A DNA stretch of 64,000 bases from contig OZ024750.1 in assembly GCA_964016885.1 (NCBI GenBank), positions 22,258,001 to 22,322,000 on the forward strand, read 5' to 3'. The notes under the pieces were generated by a model, which saw nothing but the letters and a program-made list of their open reading frames with translations, was not told the DNA's origin and did not search any database. Below, piece by piece: positions 42,490 to 58,168 of this stretch. The DNA comes from Eledone cirrhosa (taxonomy: Eukaryota). Position numbers and translations under genes: made by a program. Position 1 is the first letter of the stretch; each line of letters starts with the position of its first letter.

Positions 42490-42648
42490 CAGGAGAAGCA
42501 ATTCCATCAGAATCTAGAGCATCGTGTCTCCAGATAGGTTTACGAGTTGTGGCATCCAAGAGTGGACCCATGACCTTTTCAAATGTCTGGTTAGCATATC
42601 TCTTTAGAGTACAGCTTTGTTTACGATAGACTATACATCGTCCAAAAC
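42490..42648 (-). CDS. POLR3B: POLR3B exon 8/17
   Basis: cag|GT TTT...CCT G|gtatgt; [53 protein letters not shown]; 159 nt. Confidence 0.95.
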
Positions 42649-43381
42649 CTGTAACAAACAACAACAGCAACAACATAAGAGAAGGGTTAAAGAAATATGA
42701 GTAATGAGAACAAAACTGAAGTTTATTAACTCTTAACATCCTGTAATTCAAATGTTTATAGTAACATTACTAGTAGGTATATCATTGTGAAATTTTCTAG
42801 TATTAGAGTAAAGATTTCAATTTTTAATGTGATGCTGTCATAATGCTGTTTTGTATTTTTCAAAAGTGTCTTGCTCAAGTAATTTCAATGTGGAAGAAAA
42901 TTATTGTAAGTGATTGTAATATGAAATATGGTGAAGGCCAGAGTGACAAGAGGGAAACAGTCAAGGAAAATTGAGAATTCAAGTCTTTTTACATAGAATG
43001 TTGTAATCAGGGAATTATTAAACTGAATATTTTTTACTATAAAGGTTGTGAGTTCAATTCTCAGACGGGTGATGTGTTGTTTCCTTGAGCAAGACACTTT
43101 ATTTCACATTGCTCCAGTATACTCAGCTGTAGAAAAGAGATGATAGGACTGGGGTCGCTATCATTCCACTGCAAAGTAGTCGTGGAGGTGCCACGGCAAA
43201 AGAGCACCCAGCACTCACTGTAAATAAGGTTGGTGTTAGGAAGGGCATCCAGCTGTAGAAATCAAGCCAGAATCAGTTCCTGTCCCACCCTTGCAAGCAG
43301 GGAAAAGCGGACGTAAAATGATGAAACTCCATCATTTTTTATGAATACAATGTTTTTGTATACAATATTTTTATGAATACA

Positions 43382-43412
<31 letters not shown>

Positions 43413-43639
43413 GTGTTGTGTGTGTGTGTATTTTCTTTTTTTTTTTTAAACCGATCAATAATAACCCAGACCTCAAACACTCACTGAGTGACGTGGAACT
43501 CGTCAAATCAGATCAAGGTCTTTCCATTGTTGATATTATCTACTATAAGCAATGTGAAATAAAGTGTTTTGCTCAAGGACATAATGTAGCTATACATCTA
43601 TATAGTATATATAGACACATATATATATATATATATATA

Positions 43640-43712
<73 letters not shown>

Positions 43713-44446
43713 GTTGTGAGTTCAATTCTCAGAATGGGTGATGTGTTGTTTCCTTGAGCAAGACACTTTATTTTACATTGCTCCAGTTCACTCAGCTGTA
43801 GAAATGAGATGATAGGACTGGGGTCCGTATCATTCCACTGCAAAGTGGTCGTGGAGGTGCCACGGCAAAAAAGCACCCAGCCCACACTGTAAAGTGGATG
43901 TGTAGGCGCCACGAAAAAAAGCACCCAGCACTCACTGTAAAATGAGGTTGGTGTTAGGAAGGGCATCCAGCTGTAGAAATCAAGACAGAATCAGTTCCTG
44001 TCCCACCCTTGCAAGCAGGGAAAAGCGGACGTAAAATGATGATGATTCTGCTTCAATTTAATAAGCATTATTTCGAGGTTGACTTTGCCTTTCATCCTTA
44101 CGGGGTCGATAAAATAAAGTACCAGTAATGCACTGGGTAATTGCTGGCCTTGTGCCTAAAGTAGAAACAATTATTTTTCTAATCCTCTGAAGATGGAGAA
44201 CTTCAAACAATATATTTATATCATTTTGTATGTACAGATCTTGATTATATGAATTTTCACCTAACATTCTTCAAATAATTTGAAACGTGTGTAAGGAATC
44301 AATTTTTCCATATATCTATATGTATGTGTGTATCATCATCATCATCATCGTTTTACGTCCGTTCTTCCACGCTAGCATGGGTTAGACGGGTTGTCCTGTT
44401 GTGGGCAGTGTCTGGTCGGCTGACCATGCCTTGCTCATACAGTGTA

Positions 44447-44480
<34 letters not shown>

Positions 44481-44648
44481 CATATATATATATACATATA
44501 TATATGTATACATACATATATATATATATACATATATATATATACATATATATATGTATACATACATATATATATATATACATATATATATATACATATA
44601 TATATATACATATATATATGTATACATACATATATATATATACAATAT

Positions 44649-45102
44649 ACAATATATTAATAAATGGAAACTAGATTTATAAAACCATATTTATTTTATT
44701 ATATATATTTCAAGGGCAACCAAGGCAAATTATGGTGCGCTTTCATCAGATAAAATACAGATTTGTTTTATAAATAAATATTGACATACCCGGAAAAAAG
44801 ACAACCTTAATGGTTGGAGCTTCCTGGAAGCTCCAACCATTAAGGTTGTCTTTTTTCCGGGTATGTCAATATTTATTTATTTATAAAACAAATCTGTATT
44901 TTATCTGATGAAAGCGCACCATAATTTGCTTTGGTTGCCCTTGAAAAAATATATATAATAAAATTAAAATAAATATGGTTTTATAAATATAGTTTCCATT
45001 TATTAATATATTGTGTATTTACTTCACTAAACTGTTGAGTGCTTTATATCAGTTATTAACATTTTTAAGCTTGTTGAATCCCAACAAATTAAATATAACC
45101 TC

Positions 45103-45104
<2 letters not shown>
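44649..45104 (+). mobile_element. Fold-back Penelope-like element end, copy 4
   Basis: Inverted arms 44649-45014 centred on ttcc-t-ggaa (44825); homologous tail to ~45104; (TA)n flanks. Confidence 0.75.
44692..44757 (-). ncRNA. Minimal type I hammerhead ribozyme motif (sense to POLR3B pre-mRNA)
   Basis: UAUUUUAU CUGAUGA [AAGCGCACCA...UGGUUGCCCUU] GAAA UAUAUA UA^AUAAAAUA; plus-strand mirror at ~44897-44965 has a 3-A insertion after GAAA. Confidence 0.75.
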
Positions 45105-45144
<40 letters not shown>

Positions 45145-45824
45145 CCCAAAGTGCAGTAGTTCCGCTGGACAAAGTCTAACTAATCCCTGTGCATTTAAAA
45201 CATATAAACATTATTTCACAACCTACTTAACTTGACATCTTAATCTCAAAACAAGTCTAAACATTTTGACAACAACTAAATTCAAACAAAACATTAAAAA
45301 ACCATTTAAACATGAAAAGGTTTACCAATAACATAGCAACATTGAATAAACAATAACAAAAATAAAAATGTATTAAAACCAAAACGCTTAATAAAATGTC
45401 ATGGCAACCAACTGTTTTGTGTGGGTTTTTTTTCCATCTTTTACAATAATGTATCAATGTTTAATAAACAACAAAAGCATATTGAAACAAACGACATATT
45501 AAATATCAAAATATTAAGCTTTTTTTCATGACTCTTTGTTTATGTTCATAAGAATCTTTTAAATGGAATGGATATCAGTAATGTGAGAACATTGACTAAA
45601 ATGGGTGTATCATTTTGCTATAATATATACATACAAGCGGACGTAAAATGATGATGATGATGATATATATACATATATATTCATATATATATACATATAT
45701 ATATATACATATATATATACACACACACATATATATACACACATATATAAATACATATATATACACACACACACATATATATATATACACATATATACAA
45801 ATATATATATACAAATATATATAT

Positions 45825-45861
<37 letters not shown>

Positions 45862-45864
45862 AAT

Positions 45865-45931
<67 letters not shown>

Positions 45932-45934
<3 letters not shown>

Positions 45935-48354
45935 TAAGGTGGAGGAGTCAATTAAGGCCAAAAAGCAGGCTTGGAAAGTATGGCGGGATGGGGGAAGTAG
46001 AGTAGACTATCAAGTGGCCAGGAGGGAAGCTAGGAGAGAAGTGTACTTAGCAAGAAGGGAAGCTGAGGAAAGAAAGTTCAAGCATGTCCTACAACGCGAT
46101 GACCAAAAACGTGAGGTGTTCAGGATTGCTAGGCAATGCGTCAAGGAAAACCGTGATATTGTCGGGGAGAAGTGTGTACTTAACGATGATGGCATACTTG
46201 CCATCACCGACACTGATAAGAAGGCAGCTTGGAAGTGTCACTATGAAAGGCTACTAAATGAGGAGAATAAATGGGAGAAAGACAGTCTCCCCCATGTCGA
46301 CCCAATAGAGGGACCAGCAGTGTTAGTCGAGGGGAGTATAATAAGTAAGGCAATCAAGGATATGAAGACAGGTAAGGCGGCTGGGCCTTCGGAAATAGTT
46401 GCTGAGATGCTGAAGGCATCTGGCACGGTGGGACACACCATGGTCACCCGCATAGTTAACCAAGTCGTACAGAATGGGGCTGTTCCGAAGGACTGGCATA
46501 GCAGCATCATCGTTAACTGTTATAAGGGTAAAGGAGACGCCCTAGATAGGAGTAACTATAGAGGCATTAAATTAATCGACCAGGTCATGAAGGTCACAGA
46601 AAAAGTAATAGCGCAACTAATCAGAGAGAGAATTGACCTAGATGAAATGCAGTTCGGGTTTGTGTCAGGCAAAAGTACCACAGACGCTCTTTTCATAGTA
46701 CGACAACTACAGGAGAAGTACCTAGCTAAAGGTAAACCCCTCTACTTAGCTTTTGTCGACTTGGAGAAAGCCTTCGACAGAGTCCCCCGCTCCATTATCT
46801 GGTGGGCTCTTAGAAAACTAGGCGTTGACGAATGGCTTGTGAGGGCTATACAAGCCATGTATAAAGAAACAGTCAGCAAGGTTAGAATTAACAACGAATA
46901 TAGTGAAGAGTTTAGCGTAAAAGTTGGCGTCCATCAGGGCTCTGTTCTCAGCCCCCTACTATTTATTATTGCCCTTCAGGCTATAACAGAGGAGTTCAAG
47001 ACAGGCTGCCCATGGGAACTCCTATACGCAGACGACCTGACACTCATAGCGGAATCAATGGCCGAGCTAGAGAAGAAATTCCAAACATGGAAGCACGGCC
47101 TAGAGTCAAAAGGACTTAAAATTAACCTGGCTAAGACCAAAGTTCTAGTTTGTAGGAAAGAAAACAAGGCGGCGGTCCCTTCTGGGAAATGGTCGTGCTC
47201 GGTGTGTAGGAAAGGCGTAGGTAGAAACTCCATTTTGTGTCCTAAATGCAAAGTATGGGTGCATAAAAGATGTAGTGGGATCACAGGTAAGCTAACTAAG
47301 AACATAGATTTTACATGTGGCCGGTGTTCTGGTGCAATAAGTAGCAGCAAGTGCCCACACAATACTAGCTCTTTCAATTGCGCAGAGGGTTCTATAGAAA
47401 TAGTGGACAGCTTCCGTTACCTGGGCGATAAAATCAGCAGTGGGGGAGGGTGCTCTGAAAGTACTGTAGCTAGAGTCAGAACTGGTTGGAAAAAGTTCAG
47501 AGAGCTTATACCACTATTAGCTGCTAAAGGGTTCTCCCTAAAAATGAAAGGCAGGTTGTACGATGCCTGCATACGAACAGCAATGTTGCATGGCAGTGAG
47601 ACCTGGGCATTGTGTGCAGAGGATATACGCAGACTAGAGAGGAACGAAGCTTGCATGCTCCGCTGGATGTGTAACAGTAATATACGTGAACGGCAAAGCA
47701 TAAACGAACTAAGGAAAAAATTAGAGATAAGAGGGATCAGATGTTGTTTACTCGAGAGAAGGCTACGTTGGTATGGACACGTGATGCGCATGAAAGTCGA
47801 TAGCTGTATAACAAAGTGCAGGGCAATAAAGATAGACGGTAGCCACGGAATAGGCAGACCTAGAAAAACCTGGGACGAGCTGATAAACTCCGACCTCACA
47901 CACTTACACCTCTCCAAGACAATGTCACTGGACCGAGACCTTTGGCGGTACTCAGTAACAGAGAAGACCCGCCTTGCCAGTAGGCATCTCTAACAAAATA
48001 CACCCCGTCCCACCACCACCACCCCCACCCCATCCACACCACCCCGTCCTATGTAAAGTTATGTTGGTGCCGCGCCATCCGGGCCGAAACAAATGAGATC
48101 GTGTAGGTGTCACGACAAAAAAACACACAGTCCACGCTGTAATGTGGCCGTGTAGGCAACACGGTAAAAACCTCCCAGACCCACACTGTAAATGTGGTTG
48201 GTGTTAGGAAGGGCATCCAACTGTAGAAAACCTGCCAGACAGTCCTATGCGAGCAAGACAATCACTCTTGCCTCAAGTGGGACTACCCCCGTCCAAACCC
48301 ATGCAAGCGTGGAACACGGACGTTAAACGTTGATGATGATGATGATGATGATGA
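45932..48354 (+). mobile_element. 5'-truncated RTE-type LINE, antisense in POLR3B intron
   Basis: Open RT ORF, 3' UTR and (GAT)n tail; flanked by (TA)n; no endonuclease domain present. Confidence 0.92.
45939..47993 (+). CDS. Non-LTR reverse transcriptase (N-terminally truncated) with PHD-like finger
   Basis: Motifs [43 protein letters not shown] (47025-47036), GLKIN..KTK, FRYLG; RTE-type C-terminus [18 protein letters not shown]; no true start codon. Confidence 0.93.
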   Translation: MEESIKAKKQAWKVWRDGGSRVDYQVARREARREVYLARREAEERKFKHVLQRDDQKREVFRIARQCVKENRDIVGEKCVLNDDGILAITDTDKKAAWKCHYERLLNEENKWEKDSLPHVDPIEGPAVLVEGSIISKAIKDMKTGKAAGPSEIVAEMLKASGTVGHTMVTRIVNQVVQNGAVPKDWHSSIIVNCYKGKGDALDRSNYRGIKLIDQVMKVTEKVIAQLIRERIDLDEMQFGFVSGKSTTDALFIVRQLQEKYLAKGKPLYLAFVDLEKAFDRVPRSIIWWALRKLGVDEWLVRAIQAMYKETVSKVRINNEYSEEFSVKVGVHQGSVLSPLLFIIALQAITEEFKTGCPWELLYADDLTLIAESMAELEKKFQTWKHGLESKGLKINLAKTKVLVCRKENKAAVPSGKWSCSVCRKGVGRNSILCPKCKVWVHKRCSGITGKLTKNIDFTCGRCSGAISSSKCPHNTSSFNCAEGSIEIVDSFRYLGDKISSGGGCSESTVARVRTGWKKFRELIPLLAAKGFSLKMKGRLYDACIRTAMLHGSETWALCAEDIRRLERNEACMLRWMCNSNIRERQSINELRKKLEIRGIRCCLLERRLRWYGHVMRMKVDSCITKCRAIKIDGSHGIGRPRKTWDELINSDLTHLHLSKTMSLDRDLWRYSVTEKTRLASRHL

Positions 48355-48373
48355 TATATATATATATATATAT

Positions 48374-48882
48374 AGTATTGATAGCGCATCAGACAACATG
48401 CTTAGTGGAATGTAGTCAAGAGTATTCAAACTATACAGCCATATAAAAAGATCAACTCGTGGTGTGAGTAGGCTATGCCTGGAAGGAAGGTTGGCTGGTA
48501 AGAGAAGCAGAGACCGGCAGCCAAAACGATGGCTTGACAATGTCAACCTATGGATTGGGCTTCATCTTTGCTCTTTAAACTCTTCTGTTAGTGATTGAAC
48601 TTTGTGGAGAGAGATATCTCACGTTGATGCACAGTCTGCAACTGGCGGAGTTTAGCGTCAAAGTAGTAATTCAAATCCGGCTGAGCAAAGATCAAGTCCA
48701 GTCCATAGGTTGACATTGTCAAGCCATCATTTTGGCTGCCAGCCTCTGCTTCTCTTACCAGCCAACCTTCCTTCCAGGCATAACCTACTCACACCACGAG
48801 TTGATATTTTTATATGACTATATAGTTTGAGTACTCTTGACTACATTCCACTAAGCATGTTGTCTGATGCTCTATCGATACT
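48374..48882. repeat. ~200-bp inverted duplication with ~110-bp spacer (SINE/RTE chimera)
   Basis: 48374-48573 vs reverse complement of 48683-48882, about 13 mismatches by eye. Confidence 0.88.
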
Positions 48883-49108
48883 GCCAATCCACTGCCATTG
48901 TCCATAAATAATAAAGGTTTAGATGACCTCCTGTAAGGTTGTATCTCATAGAAAGTTTCTTGGGTGTTTTAATGATAGAAGCCCCAGTCCTATCACGAAA
49001 AGCAATGTGAAATGATGTGACTTGCTCAAAAACACAACACACCACCCAATCCAGGAATCAAACCCATGACCATATCACCATGTGCCCAACACCCTAACCA
49101 CTAGCTTA

Positions 49109-49309
<201 letters not shown>

Positions 49310-49708
49310 CTAGAATAGATAAAAGACATGAAATATTCATATTTAGAAAGTTCCAGGAACAAAGAAAAAAGAGAAAAACAGAAGTGCAAGTATTTTTGTT
49401 TTTAAGATGATTAGCATTGACTTGACATAGATTTCGCTGTTATTTCTAGCAGATCAAATATTAACCCTTTTGTTACTATATTTCTAATAAAAGACACAGC
49501 CTATGATTTTCACATAATTTTGAAAATAATCAAACTTTCTCAATATTAAGTTTGTTTGGAATATAACATAACAAATAAAATTATGATGGAAAGTGTTTAT
49601 ATAAATATACACATTTTAAAATAAGCAGCTTAGAATTTTATAACCAGGGATGTTTTATCAAAAGATTTTAGCTTAGATTTAAACAAGATAATATCAGAAG
49701 ATAGTAAC

Positions 49709-49794
49709 CTTTGATTTGACAAGTGGTGCCTGTGGGTAGCAGAGTAGATAGAGAAGTGTATCAATCCTGTTTCTTTGGTTATAACCAATGGTTC
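49709..49794 (-). CDS. POLR3B: POLR3B exon 6/17
   Basis: tag|GA ACC...TCA AAG|gttact; [29 protein letters not shown]; 86 nt. Confidence 0.93.
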
Positions 49795-50493
49795 CTATGA
49801 AAAGTGACACAGACAGAGAGAAATAGTCAAAAAATAGATATTATTGATAGCAACAATAAAAAAAAGATCATCAAAGAATGCAAAACAAACAAGGATTATC
49901 ATCACCACCAACATTATCATCATAATCATAACCATTATCACTACTACAATCACCATAAGCACCATTATCATAATCATAAACACCATCATCATCATCACCA
50001 CCACCAACATTACCACAACCACCAGCGTCAGACACCATGCTTTGCATCACAGAGTTACGTCCTTTTACGGACTGAGTTCAAATCCGGCCGAGGTTAACTT
50101 TGCCTTTCATCCTTACGGAGTCGATAAAATAAAGTACCAGTAATGTACTGAGCAACTGCTGGCCTTGTGCCAAAAGTAGGAACAATTACCATCACCATCA
50201 CCATTTTGCTGGTTTGAGAGCTGATGAGGGTGAAGATGTGTGTGTAAACTTGTCTTGTACATCACCTTTCTTTATTTCCTTCTTCCAGTCACTTCAGTGT
50301 GCCAGTGCACTTCTTTCATCCTCCTCTTTCAATCTTTTCTATATTTCATCTCCCTGTCACCCACCTTGTGGATTGCCTCTCTGTTGACCACTAGCTGCTG
50401 GTCCCTGTCCTCTGAGGCATTTTTGCCTATCGCTGTCTTTGACAGCATTTAGCTGTTTTAACCCTTTACCATTTACATTACTCTACATATACT

Positions 50494-50793
50494 AAAAAAA
50501 AAAATTTGTTTAAATCCTGCCAAATCAATGGGTGGCAGCTGCACGCATCGAAAGACTGGTTTAGTGGTTCTGAGAACAATGCTGCTTTGCAGACGATCAA
50601 TGCGAATAGACAATAGAAAGGCGCTCCCGCTCGAGTTAGAAGAGAACTATTGACCTTCAGGAGAAGCAGCGACCCTTGATTGTATTCAGCAACCAAAACA
50701 AATACGAAGTACACCAAATCCAATGCTCCTAGGGGCGGCCTTGGGTCTTCTTATTTGCAAGTGTAAACTCAGCCAGATTAGATTAGATTAGAT
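50494..50793 (+). mobile_element. Retroposed insertion with (GATTA)n tail nested in piggyBac MITE
   Basis: 10-bp TSD TACATATACT at 50484-50493 and 50794-50803; MITE resumes exactly afterwards. Confidence 0.8.
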
Positions 50794-51522
50794 TACATAT
50801 ACTATTGTATTTTCATGGTAATGGGTTTATCTCACATATTTATCATAATATTGAATCTATAAGACTTTGAAATTATTTATTTTGAGAATAATACCGTAAC
50901 ATAAGTGTGAGTGGCCAGTTATAGCTGGTTTGAACAGAAAGAGTTGAGAGAATCTTGGCCGGATATGGCCATTTTAAATGCTAAAGGGTTAACCATGTCA
51001 CACAATATAGCAGCAATGTAGGGAGGAGGAGGGGGGGGGGGAATAGTCATGTTACACAATGTAACAATACTGTGTAATATGTGACAGAGGGTGAATAGTC
51101 ATGTTACACAATGTAACAATACTGTGTAATATATGAGAGGTGGGGGGACAGTCATGTCACACAATGTAACATAGTGTGTAAAATAACTGCTTCTACTTTT
51201 GGCACAAGGCCAGCAATTACCCCAGTGCATTACTGGTACTTAATGTTATCGACCCCGTAAGGATGAAAGGCAAAGTTAACGTCGGTGGGATTTGAACTCA
51301 GACCTTAAAGGGGCCTAACTCTATGCTGCAAGGCATGTCATCTGACCCTCTACCGATACTGCCAATCAACCGCCTAATACTGTGTAATATAATGAAAGAG
51401 AGAGACGCTTGGGGAGAACAGCCAAGGGAAAGAGGGTGGAGAAATAAATAACTTTTGTCAAAATATACATAAGTTTGCTTACAGAATGTACTTTATATAT
51501 ATATATATATATATATAAATGA

Positions 51523-51586
<64 letters not shown>

Positions 51587-51684
51587 GTATATATATACAT
51601 ATTTATATATATACATATTATATGTATATATATATGTATATATATACATATATATATATATATATACATACATACATTTATACG

Positions 51685-51716
<32 letters not shown>

Positions 51717-51723
51717 TTTATAC

Positions 51724-51760
<37 letters not shown>

Positions 51761-51813
51761 TATGTATACAGCCGTACTAAGAGTGAGAAATGAAATTTCG
51801 TTTCATTTTTTTC

Positions 51814-51848
<35 letters not shown>

Positions 51849-51891
51849 GTATATATGTATATATATATATACGTATAAATGTATGTATGTG

Positions 51892-51972
<81 letters not shown>

Positions 51973-52006
51973 TTTCTGAATTGGCAACATGACCCTCCCA
52001 AAGTAT

Positions 52007-52049
<43 letters not shown>

Positions 52050-52117
52050 TATATGTATATATCTACATATACATATATATGTATATATATATATATACAT
52101 GTACATATATACATATA

Positions 52118-52471
52118 GAGGCACATGGCTTAGTGGTTAGAGCATTGGCCTTGCAATCGAAAGGTTGTGAGTTCAATTCTCAGACCGGGTGATGTGTTGT
52201 TTCCTTGAGCAAGACACTTTATTTCACATTGCTCCAGTTTACTCAGCTGTAGAAATGAGATGATATGGACTTGAGTCCCTATCATTCCACTGCAAAGTGG
52301 TCGTGGAGGTGCCACGGCAAAAAAGCACCCAGCACTCACTGTAAATGAGGTTGGTGTTAGGAAGGGCATCCAGCTGTAGAAATCAAGCCAGAATCAGTTC
52401 CCGTCCCACCCTTGCAAGCAGGGAAAAGTAGACGTAAAATGAAATGATGAAAAAAAATGAAATGATGATGA
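52118..52471 (+). mobile_element. tRNA-derived SINE family A, full length; other copies 13654-14002(-), 16408-16652(-), 18360-18694(+), 40441-40661(+), 43040-43323(+), 43709-44046(+), 56073-56390(-)
   Basis: A box TGGCTTAGTGG (52126-52136), B box GAGTTCAATTC (52169-52179), shared body GGAAGGGCATCCAGCTGTAGAAA, RTE-like 3' end and (ATG)n tail. Confidence 0.9.
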
Positions 52472-52701
52472 TATACATATACATGATGATACATATATAC
52501 ATATATATATATATACACATACACATACATATATATATATAGAGAGACCTACGCACATATATGTAGACATACCAACATAGTGCACACGACATATGTATAT
52601 ATGTATGTCCACACCCATTTTATCATGTTCATGTCAATATAGATTATATTATGAGAAATGTAGAACCAGCTGTGGGTGATATCTGCATATATAATTACAA
52701 T

Positions 52702-52770
<69 letters not shown>

Positions 52771-53141
52771 AGCCAGGCAAGTGTTGAAAATTGTACATTA
52801 AATGATGATGACACATATACGCGTGCATCTGTATGTGTGTATATATACACATGCTAGCATGGAAAATGGACGTTAAACGATGATGGTGATGATATATATA
52901 TAATTATATAGGTGTATGGGTGCAAGAAAAATTGCATCTGTAGGCAGTATACCGGGTGAGCACTCGATGCTCGCGCAGAGCAGAGTATAATACTATAAGT
53001 ATAAAGGAACAAAGACTCCGATTACAGAGTCAGGTTCGACCAATAATAGGTCGTTCCTCGAGCTAATCAACAGTGAAACATATGTAATATGTTATTAATG
53101 TTATAATGCAACACTGAATCTTTCATCCTTTATTTTTATAG

Positions 53142-53187
<46 letters not shown>

Positions 53188-53199
53188 TATATATATATA

Positions 53200-53410
53200 C
53201 AGGGTGGCCCAAAAGTCACACAGGGGTTTTAGTTTTTATTAACTTCCTGAATTGTACAGATTGATGTATGAAATTTTGATACAACTTAAAGGACATAATG
53301 GAAATTATTTTGCACTCATCAATCCTTGTCACACCTCTACATTACTAAGTATTATAAAATAAAAAAATTATAAACAGTTGCAACCCCTGTGTGACTTTAG
53401 GGCCACCCTG
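53200..53410. mobile_element. Tc1/mariner-type MITE
   Basis: TA|CAGGGTGGCCCAAAAGTCACACAGGGGTT...AACCCCTGTGTGACTTTAGGGCCACCCTG|TA. Confidence 0.88.
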
Positions 53411-53681
53411 TATATCATGCCCGCGTGGAAAGTGGATGATGATGATGATGATCAGGTTGACTAAAGAAACATTACTGGGGAGGAGGAAATAATGGTGGTG
53501 GTACTGGGGAGGAGAGAATTCTAGTGGTGGTGGTGGTGGTGATAGTTGTGGTTGGGGTGATAATGTTGGTGGGAAATAACGGTGGTGGTGGTGACAGGGT
53601 AGGTGGTGGTGATGATGGTTGTGGTGGTAGTGTAGATGGGAAATAACGATGGTGATGGTAGTATAAGGATAATAAAGCTCA

Positions 53682-53846
<165 letters not shown>

Positions 53847-54659
53847 TTAAGTAGAAAAAAACAGAAAATAGTATTGATATTACAGATTAAAATGTTATAT
53901 TTAATATGTGTGTGTTCATAGATCTACCACCCCAAAACTAGGCTGGTCCCTTTGACAGGCTTCTACACAGTTTCTGTCTACCAAATTTCACAAGACATTG
54001 ATTGTATGTTTGGACTCCTAACTCCTGGTGGAGTCATAGGGGTCCTGTCATGGGCATTTTAAACATGGCAGAGCCTATCCCTCTCCAAGTCTCAACACAG
54101 CCGATTTCTTCCAGAGGAGAGAAACAGGAAGCGAGAAAGAGATATAGTGGAAAAATCGACCCCAGTACATGACTGAAACTTCATTTATCAACCTTGAAAG
54201 GATGAAAGGCAATGTTGACCTTGGAAGGATTTGAACTCAGTGTGCAGAGAGCCAGAATGAATACTATCTGGCATTCTAATGACTGCCAATTCGCAGCCTC
54301 ACAAGACATTGGCTAAGCTGAAAACATAATAGTAAACATGTATCTAAGGTGCCACACAGTAGAGTTGAATCCTAAACCATATAGTTGTGAAAATTCTTCA
54401 CCACATAGCCATGCCTGCACCTGTAAAGCTTTTTGATTCTTTCATATTAAACACAAACACATATTTTTTATGTCTTTACATATATCATACTGTTATGTAA
54501 TGTTACTTTTTTGTTGGCCTTGTTCTAAACAATTTATCCAATCCAATCCAGTCAGCAAGTCATGTAGTCAACTACTAAAGCAGCCATCCAGTCAACCAAT
54601 AAGTAAGGCAACCAGTCAACCAGATAGGAAACCAATCAGCCAACTAATCAACCAGCTTA

Positions 54660-55355
54660 CAAGTAAGGCAGTCAACCAGCCAGCCAATCAACCAACCTGC
54701 CAACCTACCAGCCTACCAATCAGCCAGCCAATCAACCAACCAGACACTGAACCTGCCAGCCAACCAGCCAGCCAATCAACCAACCAGACACTGAACCTGC
54801 CAGCCAATCAACCAACCAGACACTGAACCTGCCAGCCAATCAACCAACCAGACACTGAACCTGCCAGCCAACCAGCCAGCCAATCAACCAACCAGACACT
54901 GAACCTGCCAGCCAATCAACCAACCAGACACTGAACCTACCAGCCAACCAGCCTACCAACCAGCCAGCTAATCAACCAACCAGACACTGAACCTACCAGC
55001 CAACCAGCCTACCAACCAGCCAGCCAATCAACCAACCAGACACTGAACCTGCCAGCCAATCAACCAACCAGACACTGAACCTACCAGCCAACCAGCCTAC
55101 CAACCAGCCAGCTAATCAACCAACCAGACACTGAACCTGCCAGCCAATCAACCAGCCAGACACTGAACCTGCCAGCCAATCAACCAGCCAGACACTGAAC
55201 CTGCCAGCCAATCAACCAATCAGACACTGAACCTGCCAGCGAATCAACCAACCAGACACTCAGCCAACCAGCCTACCAACCAGCCAACCAATCAACCAAC
55301 CAGACACTGACCTGCCAGCCAACCAGCCTACCAACCAGCCAGCCATCCAACCAAC
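54660..55355. repeat. Variable ~32-56-bp CCAA/CCAG minisatellite
   Basis: Core unit CAGCCAATCAACCAACCAGACACTGAACCTGC. Confidence 0.92.
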
Positions 55356-55923
55356 CAGTGCATCAATAGACAAGTGCCAATGTTTGAGACATTTAATGGA
55401 AGATGCCATCAACTGTTGAATTAACCCTTTAGCATTTAAACAGACCATAATTCTTTCACCTCTTCCTGTTCAAACTGGCTGTAACTGGCCAATCATACTG
55501 ATGTTAAGGTATTGTTCTCAAAATAAATAATATCAAAATCTCATAGATTCAATATTATGTGAGATAATTATGTGAGATAAAGTGTTTACTATGAAAATAC
55601 AAGAGTAAATATAGAGTAATGCAAATGCTAAAGGGTTAATGGAAGATGGCATCATCTGTTGAAAGGACTAAACCCCCTTAACACAATACTATTATCTGAT
55701 GACAAAATCTGTCTTCTATATTCCACATATTCCACTTTACTGCTGACACAGCCTAGAAATATAAAACAACAAACTAGGATAGACAACTGGGAAGGAACTG
55801 AGACAGGGCTAAATTTTTTTTCTTTTTCTCTCTTCAATCTCTTCAAGAAATAAGTTAACTTAGCTTTTATATCCATACATACACACACATGTGAGTGTGT
55901 ATGTATATACATATATACATACA

Positions 55924-55978
<55 letters not shown>

Positions 55979-56001
55979 TAATATAAAAGCTAGTTAACTA
56001 G

Positions 56002-56074
<73 letters not shown>

Positions 56075-56506
56075 CATCATCATCATCACCACCATTTTAC
56101 GTCCGTTCTTCCACGCTAGCATGGGTTAGACGGGTTGTCCTGTTGTGAGCAGTGTCCGATCAGTTTACCTTGTCTTGCTCATACGGGAACTGATTCTGGT
56201 TTGATTTCTACAGCTGGATGCCCTTCCTAACACCAACCTCATTTACAGTGAGTGCTGGGTGTTTTTTTTCCGTGGCGCCTACACATCCACTTTACAGTGT
56301 GGGCTGGGTGATTTTTTGCAGTGGAATGATAGGGACCCCAGTCCTACCATCTCATTTCTGCAGCTGAGTAAACTGGAGCAATTTGAAATAATGACACTAT
56401 CTGTATTATCTACCTTAGCCATCTGTGTTACAACACAGCTACAAGCCAGTACAAAGACTGTAAACACAGCAATTATATAGCAATAGGGTAGAATCTTTAC
56501 TCTCTA

Positions 56507-58168
<1,662 letters not shown>

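Noticed and set aside
46010-47917. Antisense ORFs over the LINE
   Set aside because: Shadow frames of the RT ORF.
52118-52190. tRNA-like sequence with a TTGCAAT loop
   Set aside because: No proper acceptor stem, and it continues into a multicopy SINE body: a SINE head, not a tRNA gene.
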